Below, one piece after another: positions 29,527 to 38,800 of a DNA stretch of 64,000 bases (its first letter is position 1; the number at the start of each line of letters is the position of its first letter). The notes below the pieces were generated by a model. That model searched no databases. It was not told where the DNA came from and saw only the letters and a list, made by a program, of their open reading frames with translations. Origin of the DNA: Desulfobacterales bacterium (lineage in GTDB: Bacteria; Desulfobacterota; Desulfobacteria; Desulfobacterales; UBA2174); assembly GCA_963668645.2 (NCBI GenBank), contig CAXXWC010000021.1:256001-320000 (forward strand). The letters are read 5' to 3'. A program made the translations under genes and the position numbers.

Positions 29527-30666
29527 TCAGGGAGTGATCAGCTTCGGATCGGTGCAGACCGTCAGACTGGTAAAAGCCTGGTTCTTGACGATCTGGACCG
29601 GAATGTGGCGCGTGACCACCCCTTGTTCGTTAAAGGAAAGCAGCGGCCCGGTAGCGGCCTGCTCGAAGTCTTTCATCCCCATGATGGCTGCTGCGATCTT
29701 TTCCGGATCTGTGCCGGCTTCGCGGATGGCGCTGGCCATGACCATGATCCCGTCAAAAGCCGAAGCCGCCACCATATCCGCCGCAACGTTGTGCTCCTTG
29801 AAGAAGGCATCGAGAAAACGGCGGGTGACGGGCCGGTTGCTGCCGCGGTCGAGGTTGGTGGTGATCACAACCCCTTCAGTGGCTTCACCGCCAAGCTCGA
29901 AGAACTTGGGCGAATCGTAGCCTTCCTGGCCGATGATGGTGGCCTTAATCCCCAGTTCCTTGGCCTGCTTGGCGATTTGGGCCGCCTCCTCGTAATAACC
30001 GCTGGCCCACAGCACATCGGGGTTGTCCTGCTTGATGCTGGTCAGAAGGGAGCGGAAGTCTTTTTCTCCCAACGGGTAGTTGTACTCATTGAGGATGCGG
30101 ATGCCGAACTTGGGCGCCATGATGCGGAATCCGTCCGTCACGGCCGAGCCGAAGTCGTTGTCCATCACCAACAGCACAGCGGTCTTGGCCTTGAGGGCCT
30201 CGCTGGCCACCTTGGCGCCGACACGCCCGTGGATCTGACTCACCACGGCGGTCTGAAACACGTACGGCCGGTTGATCGGAATCTCCGGGTGGGTTCCGAT
30301 GGTTGAAATATAGGGAATGTGATTGCGGTCATAGATCGGAGCCGCGGCTCGTGTCGGGGTGCTGTAGGAGCCGGAAACCACGGCCACCACACGGTCGCTT
30401 TCGATCAATTTGCGCGCCACGATCACCGATTCCTTGGCCTCGATACGATCGTCATAGTAGATCATTTTGACCGGCTCGCCGTTGATCCCGCCGTCCTGGT
30501 TAATAAATTCGACGGCCAGTTGGGCCCCGCGCAGAGCGCTCTGACCGTCGGCTGCCGCCCATCCGGTCAGGGGGGTGTGAAAGCCGATCTTGACTTCAGC
30601 GCTGGCGGGCATGCAAAGGGCCAGCAAAATCAATGTGATGGTAAGTCCCAGAGCCATCTTGCGCAT
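29527..30666 (-). CDS. ABC transporter substrate-binding protein (LivJ/K-like fold)
   Basis: Signal peptide ending ASA; PLTG...GAQLAVEFIN..GGING. Confidence 0.92.
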   Translation of the reverse strand: MRKMALGLTITLILLALCMPASAEVKIGFHTPLTGWAAADGQSALRGAQLAVEFINQDGGINGEPVKMIYYDDRIEAKESVIVARKLIESDRVVAVVSGSYSTPTRAAAPIYDRNHIPYISTIGTHPEIPINRPYVFQTAVVSQIHGRVGAKVASEALKAKTAVLLVMDNDFGSAVTDGFRIMAPKFGIRILNEYNYPLGEKDFRSLLTSIKQDNPDVLWASGYYEEAAQIAKQAKELGIKATIIGQEGYDSPKFFELGGEATEGVVITTNLDRGSNRPVTRRFLDAFFKEHNVAADMVAASAFDGIMVMASAIREAGTDPEKIAAAIMGMKDFEQAATGPLLSFNEQGVVTRHIPVQIVKNQAFTSLTVCTDPKLITP

Positions 30667-30780
30667 CGTCCGTCCCTCCTGTTTTGTGGCGGTCCACTGC
30701 CCGCCGGTTCAAATTTTCACCCCTTGCGGGTGCCGATGGGCGGCCTGGACATGGAATGGTCCGGCCGCGATTGAAAGCGT

Positions 30781-31911
30781 TCACGCAGCGCTGCGGCCGA
30801 TCAGGGCCCGGGCCACGACGTCCTTGCGGAAAGTGCGCCGGCCCGCGGCCGCCTGGAGCATGCGCGCATCGCGATAGAAATGTTCCACGGGCAGTTCGAT
30901 CATGTAACCGGACCCGCCGTGGATCTGCAGCGCCTCGTCGGTCACCGCCAGGGCGGCGGCTTCGGCCTGCATGTGGACCGTGAGCATGTCGGCAATATCG
31001 GCGCGTCCTTCCCCCAGGGATCTGGCGGCCAGGTAGACCAGGGCACGGGCCGCCTGCACCTCCCGGTACATCTCCACCAGCTTGTGGCCGATACCCTGGA
31101 ACTGGCAAATGCGCCGCCCGAACTGCTCGCGCTGCTTGCTGTAGGCCAGCCCCTGATCGTAGGCGCCCTGGGCCAGGCCGAGATTCATGGCGCTGAGCCG
31201 CAGCAGCTGGTGGCGCCAGAACAGCTCCTGGCACGGTTCATCGGCCGGCGTTAGCAAGTCCGCCTCTTGCAGAACGACATTTTCAAAGTGCAGTTCATCC
31301 CAACCGACCAGGGCGCAGCCGAGCTTGGTCCCCAGGGGCTTACGGCTCACTCCCGGGCTGCCGGGCGCGACCAGGGCGAAGCGTTCACCCTCGTCCGTGG
31401 CGTACTGCACCACCCACAGATCGCTGCCCGCGGCGTTGAACACGGGACCGGCCGTTCCGTTAAGGCGCCAGCATTCCGCGGCACGCTCCAGCTTGAGGCC
31501 CTGGCTGGAGCAGGCCTCGTCGCTATCCGTATCCGGGGCCACCACGGTGGCCATCATCTTGCCCGCAGCCAGCCGCGGCAGGTATTGCCGCTTTTGATCG
31601 TCGCGGCCAAGGGCGCAAATCAGCTCGGCGCCCAGGTCGGCCATGCCCAGGGCAATGCCAACCGATGAATCTTTGCGGCAAAGCTCCTCGATCACCAGTA
31701 CATGGTCCAGGGGGCTACCGGCCAGTCCCCCGCACGATTCCGGATAACAGACTCCCACAAACTCGAGCCGGCAGGCCTTTTTGAGCAGATCCCGTGGATA
31801 TTTGCCGGCGGCGTTCAATTCGAGGATGCGCTCCTCGTCGAACTCCCCGCGGGCAAATTCCCGCACCGCTTTTTGAATCGAACGTTGTTCGTCGCTCAGT
31901 GGAAACCTCAT
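30781..31911 (-). CDS. Acyl-CoA dehydrogenase-like protein lacking the catalytic Glu
   Basis: ACAD features REQFGR..QFQGI, QIHGGSGY and RDAR are present, but the FEG motif is replaced by AAG; RBS GGAGA. Confidence 0.85.
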   Translation of the reverse strand: MRFPLSDEQRSIQKAVREFARGEFDEERILELNAAGKYPRDLLKKACRLEFVGVCYPESCGGLAGSPLDHVLVIEELCRKDSSVGIALGMADLGAELICALGRDDQKRQYLPRLAAGKMMATVVAPDTDSDEACSSQGLKLERAAECWRLNGTAGPVFNAAGSDLWVVQYATDEGERFALVAPGSPGVSRKPLGTKLGCALVGWDELHFENVVLQEADLLTPADEPCQELFWRHQLLRLSAMNLGLAQGAYDQGLAYSKQREQFGRRICQFQGIGHKLVEMYREVQAARALVYLAARSLGEGRADIADMLTVHMQAEAAALAVTDEALQIHGGSGYMIELPVEHFYRDARMLQAAAGRRTFRKDVVARALIGRSAA

Positions 31912-32014
31912 CGCTTCTCCTATCGATCCTTGTCCGCCCGGCGCCGGTCTGAGCCGGCGCCCTTGATGGTGCAGCCTTTTTGGCCTCGTCGCTTTCACGC
32001 CCGCAAATGGCTTT

Positions 32015-33172
32015 TCAGGCGGGCCGCGCTCCTTTGAGCAATTGGCGCCCGATGATAATCCGATGGATTTCGGCCGTTCCCTCGAAGATGGTCAGGATCC
32101 GCGCATCACGGCACATCCGTTCGACCACCTGCCCTCGCTTGTACGCGTCCTTGCCCATGATCTCCATGGCCCGGGCCACGATCCGGTTGACCATTTCAGA
32201 GGCGAACAGTTTACACATGGCCACCTGCATGGTGACCGGCTCTTTACGATCCATGGCCGCGGCCGCAGTATAGATCATGTTGCGCGCCGCATAGATCTCG
32301 GTGCCCATGTCGGCCAGGAGCCATTGGATCGACTGGCTGGCGGCCAGCGGCTTGCCGGACCTTTCGTGATTCTGGGCATATGCAATCGCCTCTTCCAGGA
32401 TCCGCACTGCCATGCCCAGAGAAGTCGCGGCCACCGCCAGGCGGCCGTCGTCGACGGTTTTCATGGCGGTGGCAAATCCGCTGCCCAACTCGCCGATCAG
32501 GTTTTCGGCCGGAACCGGGGTGTCCTTGAAGATCACCTCGCTCTTGTGCGATCCGCGCATCCCCATGGAATTGTGCACATGACCGATGGACAGGCCCGGG
32601 GCTCCGCGTTCGACCACAAAGGCGCTGATCCCGCCCCTGGCTCCCTTTTGGGGATCAGTGACCGCGATGACCACGAAGATGTCGGCGATGGGGGCATTGG
32701 TGATGAAATGCTTCATCCCGTTGATGATAAAACCGTCGGTGCCGGCCACCGCGGCGGTGGTAATAGAGGCGGCGTCCGATCCGGCGTTGGGCTCGGTGAG
32801 CGAAAAGGCCGAGATCAGCTCGCCGGTGGCCAACCGCGGCAGGTATTTGTTCTTGAGCGGTTCGCTGCCGTCCAGGACGATGGACTTGGAGCCCAGGCCG
32901 TTGTTGAGGCTGATGATGTCAAGAAAGGCAAAGTGCGTCTTGGCCAGCTCTTCTTCGACCATGCAAAATTCCAGCTTGCTCATTCCGCCGCCGCCGTAGG
33001 CCTTGGGAATCGTCAGACCGAAAAACCCCTTGGCCTTCATCTTGGCCAGCAGGTGGTCTGGAATCCGATTTTCCTCCTCGACCTGCACGGCAAACGGTTC
33101 TAGCTCGCTTTGCACGAAGCTGCGCACGGCCTCACGTGTTTTCTGGAACTGTTCGGGAATGGCAAAAAACAT
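32015..33172 (-). CDS. Acyl-CoA dehydrogenase
   Basis: FSLTEPNAGSDA, GMKHFITNA and RDARILTIFEGTAEI motifs. Confidence 0.93.
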   Translation of the reverse strand: MFFAIPEQFQKTREAVRSFVQSELEPFAVQVEEENRIPDHLLAKMKAKGFFGLTIPKAYGGGGMSKLEFCMVEEELAKTHFAFLDIISLNNGLGSKSIVLDGSEPLKNKYLPRLATGELISAFSLTEPNAGSDAASITTAAVAGTDGFIINGMKHFITNAPIADIFVVIAVTDPQKGARGGISAFVVERGAPGLSIGHVHNSMGMRGSHKSEVIFKDTPVPAENLIGELGSGFATAMKTVDDGRLAVAATSLGMAVRILEEAIAYAQNHERSGKPLAASQSIQWLLADMGTEIYAARNMIYTAAAAMDRKEPVTMQVAMCKLFASEMVNRIVARAMEIMGKDAYKRGQVVERMCRDARILTIFEGTAEIHRIIIGRQLLKGARPA

Positions 33173-33278
33173 TTGCGGAAGCCTCCTGATGGCGGAGCCC
33201 GTATCCTAGGGACAACAGGCTGACAAAATGGCGCTTCGCTCAAGCGTGCGCCGGGTCATGGCTTTGGAAATTTTGGAG

Positions 33279-33296
33279 TGTACATGTATATACATT
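33279..33296. promoter_or_regulatory. HutC operator-like site upstream of the ACAD-ABC-CoA transferase-hutU operon
   Basis: TGTACATGTATATACATT contains the perfect palindrome ATGTATATACAT (33284-33295). Confidence 0.8.
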
Positions 33297-33424
33297 ACTG
33301 CATGGATTGATCCAATAACTGAAGTTCAAAATCATGTCAAGACCATAGCGGAGGCCTGTGCAAAAAATCTTGCGGGATAGGATCGTTACCATTTGAATTG
33401 TTTTCATATTTTTTCTCTAAAGGG

Positions 33425-34099
33425 TCACGCCACCGTCACAAGGCAAAAAAGGCTTGAACCGTCGACTTCTTGGATGCGGCACGGCCTGCCGACCCGATCC
33501 ATCAGGGATTTGAAGTCTTCCGGGGTGTGGGTGGTGGCTTGAAACCCGTCCCGGCAGACGATCTTTCCGTTGCCGGTGCGCTGGTGGTCGATTTCCCCCA
33601 GCAGGCCGTTGTCGGCCTGAATTTGAAACCAGTTCAACCGGTGGTCCCAGAACCGTCGGGCATAGGTGGAAAACAGGATCAGACCGCCGGGACGCGTCAC
33701 CCGTATTGCTTCTTGAATCAAAACCACCGGATCGACCTTGAAGGCCGAAAGCCCGTTTTGGATGCACAGCACCCTATCGAAGACGCCGTCGGCCAGTGCA
33801 AGGCGCCCGGCGTCCATCAATGCCAGATGCCATCCATTGCGGCCGGCCAATTCCCGGTGCCCTTCGAGAAGGCTTGCAAAGGCGTTGTCGACGCCCACCA
33901 CCTCAATTTGCGGGCCCAACAGTTCAGCGATGACCCGGCCATAGCCGCATCCCAGGTCAAGGACCCGCCCGCTGGCAGGAAGATTCCGGCGGACAAAATC
34001 GATCTCCGCGGCAAGGTACCGGCGCACCCGCGCAGGGGCAAGCTCGTAAACCCGCCGCAGTCTCTGAGCCGACAGGCACTGTGCATAGTAACGGTTCAT
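33425..34099 (-). CDS. Class I SAM-dependent methyltransferase
   Basis: VLDLGCGYG motif I, FDRV, and RVTRPGG. Confidence 0.88.
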   Translation of the reverse strand: MNRYYAQCLSAQRLRRVYELAPARVRRYLAAEIDFVRRNLPASGRVLDLGCGYGRVIAELLGPQIEVVGVDNAFASLLEGHRELAGRNGWHLALMDAGRLALADGVFDRVLCIQNGLSAFKVDPVVLIQEAIRVTRPGGLILFSTYARRFWDHRLNWFQIQADNGLLGEIDHQRTGNGKIVCRDGFQATTHTPEDFKSLMDRVGRPCRIQEVDGSSLFCLVTVA

Positions 34100-34148
34100 G
34101 GCGGTTGAGGTCCGTGCGAAAGGTTGTTAGAATGGAGATATTTCTATA

Positions 34149-34166
34149 TGTACATGTCTATACATT
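34149..34166. promoter_or_regulatory. HutC operator-like site upstream of hutH
   Basis: TGTACATGTCTATACATT, 17/18 identical to the site at 33279. Confidence 0.8.
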
Positions 34167-34273
34167 TCGTGGACCAAAACTGTCAAGGGCTGTCGGGCAA
34201 CTTCGAATAGCAGGACCGCAATTTTTCGATGAACTCCAGCCGGAGGCAGATGCCCTCATAAAAAGGAGCACAA

Positions 34274-35806
34274 ATGAACGAGCAAATCCGCATCGGCAAG
34301 CAGGATCTGACCATGGAGGCACTGGCGGCCATCGCCCGGGACCGTCTGCCTGTAACCTTGACCCGGAACGCCTGCCAGCGCATCGAGGCGGCCCGCCGTC
34401 TCGTGGAACGCTGGGTTGACGAAGAACGCACCATCTACGGCATGACCACCGGATTCGGAGCTTTGAGCACGGTCACCATCTCCAGAGCCGACACCCGAAG
34501 CCTGCAGCGCAACATCCTGATGAGCCATGCCGCCGGGGTCGGCCCGGACCTGCCCGTGGATGTGGTCAGGGCCGTGATGGCCCTGCGCATCGCAGATCTG
34601 GCCAACGGCCACTCCGGAATCCGTCTCGAAACGGTTGATCGGCTCACGACGCTGCTCAACGCCGGGGTCCATCCGGTGATCCCGGCCCAGGGGTCTGTGG
34701 GTGCCAGCGGCGATCTGTGCCCCCTGGCCCACATGGCCCTGGCGCTCATCGGAATGGGCACGGTCGAGTACCGGGGCCAGCGCTTGGACAGCGTCGAGGT
34801 GCTGACCCGCTGCGGCCTGGCACCTTTGGAGCTTGAAGCGGGCGAAGGGCTGGCGCTGCTCAACGGCACCCAGGTCATGACGGCCGTGGCGGCCCTGGCG
34901 CTTTTGGACGCCCTTTGCCTGTCCCGGCTCACCGACATCGCCGCGGCCATGAGCCTCGAAGTGCTGATGGGCAGCCGCACTGAATTCGACGCGCGCATCC
35001 ACCGGGTCCGGCCCCATGCGGGCCAGGCCGCCGTGGCCGACAACATGCTGCGCCTGACCGCCGGCAGCCAGATCGTCTCATCACACAAGGACTGCTCGCG
35101 GGTGCAGGATGCCTACACCCTGCGCTGTTCACCCCAGGTCCACGGCGCCAGTCATGATGCGCTCCACTACGCCCGGCGCACCGTCGAGATCGAGATGAAC
35201 AGCAGCACCAACAATCCGCTGATCTTTGCCGAAGACGACGTTTTTCTGCTCGGTGGCAACTTCCACGGCCAGCCCGTGGCCCTGGCCTGCGACTTTGCCG
35301 CCATCGCCGTGGCGGAGCTGGCCAATATCAGCGAACGGCGCATCGAGAGGCTCGTCAACCCCCAGCTTTCCGGACTGCCGGCTTTTCTCGTCCGTGACGG
35401 CGGCCTGCACTCGGGATTCATGATCGCCCAGTACACCGCCGCGGCACTGGTTTCGGAAAACAAGGTCCTGGCCCATCCGGCCTCGGTCGACTCGATTCCC
35501 ACCTCGGCCAACAAGGAAGACCACGTGTCGATGGGCACCATAGCGGCACGCAAGCTGGCCGATATCGTGCGCAACGCCGAGTCGGTGGTGGCCATAGAAC
35601 TGCTCTGCGCGGCCCAAGCCCTGGATCTTTTCACCAACCTTCACCCCGGCGAAGGCACCGCCGCCGCCTACCGCGCCATCCGCACCGCGGTCCCCCCCCG
35701 CGAGGCGGACCGGCTCCTTGCGCCGGACATCGAAACGGTACGGACCTTGATGCGCAATGGGACCATCGCAAAAGCGGTGAGCGAAGCGGTCGGTCCGCTG
35801 CACTGA
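34274..35806 (+). CDS. hutH: Histidine ammonia-lyase
   Basis: YGMTTGFG, MIO-forming GSVGASGDL, QDAYTLRC, GGNFHG and EDHVSM motifs. Confidence 0.97.
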   Translation: MNEQIRIGKQDLTMEALAAIARDRLPVTLTRNACQRIEAARRLVERWVDEERTIYGMTTGFGALSTVTISRADTRSLQRNILMSHAAGVGPDLPVDVVRAVMALRIADLANGHSGIRLETVDRLTTLLNAGVHPVIPAQGSVGASGDLCPLAHMALALIGMGTVEYRGQRLDSVEVLTRCGLAPLELEAGEGLALLNGTQVMTAVAALALLDALCLSRLTDIAAAMSLEVLMGSRTEFDARIHRVRPHAGQAAVADNMLRLTAGSQIVSSHKDCSRVQDAYTLRCSPQVHGASHDALHYARRTVEIEMNSSTNNPLIFAEDDVFLLGGNFHGQPVALACDFAAIAVAELANISERRIERLVNPQLSGLPAFLVRDGGLHSGFMIAQYTAAALVSENKVLAHPASVDSIPTSANKEDHVSMGTIAARKLADIVRNAESVVAIELLCAAQALDLFTNLHPGEGTAAAYRAIRTAVPPREADRLLAPDIETVRTLMRNGTIAKAVSEAVGPLH

Positions 35807-36020
35807 TGCACTACCGATGCGCCGTGGACAACGCTTTCTGGCTCTAAAGAGGGGAGAAATTCACACTTTTGGGGGATGGCATTCAGCGGCGGCTGTGTTA
35901 TTTTAACTAAGGGTGATTCAAATCGAGTCACCCTTGGCCCCGCCCCCCACCTGCTGGAATAATAGGGGTATTTCGGTCGGCAACTTCTGTACGACAGCGA
36001 ATGTATCAGACGATTGACCG

Positions 36021-37739
36021 ATGACAAGCATGAAAAAGCCTGCCCATCTTCTCAAGCTGATCGAAAAGGAAAAACTGGACCGGATCCTGCAGGCATTTAC
36101 CGAAGCCACCGGTGTGGCTTCGATCATCACAGAAACCGACGGCCGCCCGATTTCAAGGTCATTCAACTTCACCAATCTTTGTGAAAATTTCTGCCGCTCC
36201 ACCGAGGAGGGCCGCCGCCGCTGCTATGCGAGCGACAGACACGGCGGGGAACAATCCGCTCTGAAACAAAAATGCGTGATCTACCGCTGCCTCAACGCCG
36301 GCCTGATCGATGCGGCCACGCCCATCATCGTAGACAACTTCCATCTGGCCAACTTCCTCTTCGGCCAAATCCTCGACCACCCCCTCGACCGCAAGATGGC
36401 CATCGAAAGAGCCAATGCCGTCGGCATCGAAGATATCGACGGGTACCTGGCCGAATTGGACAAGGTGCCCTTGATGACCATCGAGCGCTTCCGCGCCGTT
36501 GGCAACCTGATGGAGATGGTCACCAAGACGATCAGCGAGTTGGCCTATCAGAAATACTACCTGATCAAACACTCCAGACGGAATCTGTACAAGCTGGTCA
36601 ACAGCGTCTCGGAATGTATCCTGGCCATAGACCAAAACGGTGTCATCACCATGGTTAACGAGGCGAGCCGGAGGGTCTTCGGCAACGGCAAAGACTCTCT
36701 GACCGGCCTTTACCTGACGGACTTTTTCGCCGACGCCCAGTCGGTGCAAAACTGCCGCCAATGCCTCACCGAAAACCTGGCAACCGGCAACCGCATCAAC
36801 GTCAATGCCGCCGGATCAGACGGCCGGATCCTGCCCATGCAGATGTCTCTTTCCGTTTTCGGTATGTCCGGCGATGCCCATACCGGTTATGTGGCCGTGC
36901 TGCGCGACATGTCCGAAGAACAAAAGCTCGAACGCATGCGCAACGATCTGGCGGTAATGCTCTCCCACGATATGGGCAATCCGGTTCTGTCCATCCAGAA
37001 GGCCATGCGCCTTCTGGCAAACGGCACCCTGGGTCCTTTGACCACCGATCAGCGTGAAGTGGCCGGACTGGCCTTGGAAACGAGCCGGCAACTCTACGGC
37101 ATGGCCACCGATTTTCTCGATATCTATCTTTATGAAAACCATCGCCTGGTGTTGCACAGAACCGAATTCGACTTTATGAAGATGCTCCACGAAATCGTGA
37201 GTCAAAATCAGCTGTTAGCCCGGGACAAAGGCATCACCATCGATATAACGTCGCAATGCTCCGCAATTGATGTCTATGCCGATCGCCACCGGCTCATGCG
37301 GGTTTGCGTCAACATTCTCGAAAATGCTTTGCAGTTTTCTCCTGAAAGCAAAAAGATCCGCATCCATGTCGAGCAGATGGACGGAGAAGAGATGATGCGC
37401 AGCTACCCGGAAATCCCTCAAGCCTGCCGCCGGATCTTCGCGCCCCAAGGCAGCTACCTGGCCTTTGCCGTCTCGGATGAGGGGTTAGGAATCGACGAAA
37501 AAAATCTCGAGCTTATTTTCGATAAGTTCTTTTCCACCAAATCCCGGGAAGCCACCGAATCCGGAAGAAAGGGGCTCGGTTTGGGGTTGGCGTTTTGCAA
37601 GCTTGTCGTCGAGTACCACGGCGGTGCCATATGGGCAAAATCGCCGCTTTACAAGGACACGGCTGCCAGTGCCCGAGGCTGCCAGATCGCGTTCTCGCTG
37701 CCTTTGTGCGACGCTCTGCAGTCGGTACCCGGCGGATAG
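36021..37739 (+). CDS. Sensor histidine kinase with PocR ligand-binding and PAS domains
   Basis: PocR Cys pattern (LC..CRS....RRCYASD...CLNAGLID...GQ), H-box SHDMGNP, DEGLGI and GLGLGL. Confidence 0.9.
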   Translation: MTSMKKPAHLLKLIEKEKLDRILQAFTEATGVASIITETDGRPISRSFNFTNLCENFCRSTEEGRRRCYASDRHGGEQSALKQKCVIYRCLNAGLIDAATPIIVDNFHLANFLFGQILDHPLDRKMAIERANAVGIEDIDGYLAELDKVPLMTIERFRAVGNLMEMVTKTISELAYQKYYLIKHSRRNLYKLVNSVSECILAIDQNGVITMVNEASRRVFGNGKDSLTGLYLTDFFADAQSVQNCRQCLTENLATGNRINVNAAGSDGRILPMQMSLSVFGMSGDAHTGYVAVLRDMSEEQKLERMRNDLAVMLSHDMGNPVLSIQKAMRLLANGTLGPLTTDQREVAGLALETSRQLYGMATDFLDIYLYENHRLVLHRTEFDFMKMLHEIVSQNQLLARDKGITIDITSQCSAIDVYADRHRLMRVCVNILENALQFSPESKKIRIHVEQMDGEEMMRSYPEIPQACRRIFAPQGSYLAFAVSDEGLGIDEKNLELIFDKFFSTKSREATESGRKGLGLGLAFCKLVVEYHGGAIWAKSPLYKDTAASARGCQIAFSLPLCDALQSVPGG

Positions 37740-37757
37740 CCAGAAAGGCGGTTGACC

Positions 37758-38444
37758 ATGCAGGGGATAGCCCGTCATGAGTCTGTCGAAGAGTCCATTC
37801 GCGTTTTTCTGGTCGACGACCATCCGTTGCTGAGAATCGGTTTGCGCCATAGCCTGAACAGCAACCGCGGGATCACCGTGGTCAGCGAAGCGGACAACGG
37901 CTTCAAAGCGGTTCAGGGTATCATGGATTGCTCTCCGGATGTGGTCCTGATGGATGTGGACATGCCGGGCCTTTCAGGCATCGAAGCGACCCGTTTGCTG
38001 CGCACCGAATTTCCGGGGATGATCATCCTGGTGCTTTCCAACTACAGAGATGAAAAATACATCGTCGGCGCCATGGACGCCGGAGCCAACGGTTACATCT
38101 CCAAGACCATTGACGTGGAAGAGCTGGTCGGCATGATCCGGTGTTTCCATCATAACGAGGCGGCCGTCTCCCCCTATCTGATCAATCTGTCCACCGGCCG
38201 CTGCGCGAGCCGGCACAGCGCCGGAAGCGCCTCCAACGCCGCCAGCCAGCAGGATCTGACCGGCCGGGAACGGCAGGTGCTGCGCTGCATCGCCGAAGGC
38301 AAAACAAACAAGGACATCTCGAACCAACTTTTTATCAGCGTCGAAACGGTAAAAAGTCATACGAAGAGTATTTTTCGCAAACTGGAGGCCAAAACCCGAA
38401 TCGAGGCCGCTCGCAAGGCCAGTCAGATGGGAATCCTGACCTGA
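37758..38444 (+). CDS. NarL/LuxR-family response regulator
   Basis: VDDHP, DVVLMD and LTGRERQVL...ISVETVKSH motifs. Confidence 0.93.
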   Translation: MQGIARHESVEESIRVFLVDDHPLLRIGLRHSLNSNRGITVVSEADNGFKAVQGIMDCSPDVVLMDVDMPGLSGIEATRLLRTEFPGMIILVLSNYRDEKYIVGAMDAGANGYISKTIDVEELVGMIRCFHHNEAAVSPYLINLSTGRCASRHSAGSASNAASQQDLTGRERQVLRCIAEGKTNKDISNQLFISVETVKSHTKSIFRKLEAKTRIEAARKASQMGILT

Positions 38445-38481
38445 GACCGGTCCCGGGTGAACAAAAACCGCTGAACGCATA

Positions 38482-38663
38482 CATATAGACTGCCCTGGCG
38501 CTGCCCTCAGCTTAATAGGGAACCCCGTGAAAATCGGGGGCGGGCCCGCCGCTGTGATCGGGGACGAAAGCCGCAAAAACGCCACTTTCCGTCTGCACTA
38601 AGGAGGGGAAGGCGCGGCCGGTAGAATGATCCGAGAGCCAGAAGACCTGCCGGGCAGAATATG
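38482..38663 (+). ncRNA. Cobalamin (AdoCbl) riboswitch aptamer
   Basis: AATAGGGAA-CCCCGTGAAAATCGGGG-GCGG..CCGCCGCTGT, GCCACT...GGGAAGG, and B12 box AGCCAGAAGACCTGCC; closing stems CTGCCC/GGGCAG and CATAT/ATATG. Confidence 0.93.
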
Positions 38664-38721
38664 CCGCCTCCGAGGTGCACAGGCGCGCAGATGAGCAATT
38701 CTGGGATGACAACGGGAGATC

Positions 38722-38753
38722 CCGAGCTCTTTTATCGAGCTCGGTTTTTTTTT
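38722..38753 (+). terminator. Intrinsic terminator in the riboswitch expression platform
   Basis: CCGAGCTC-N7-GAGCTCGG followed by T9. Confidence 0.85.
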
Positions 38754-38800
38754 GGGGAAGCAAGGTGCCCGTGATCGCAATATTGGAAAGGAAACCCACT

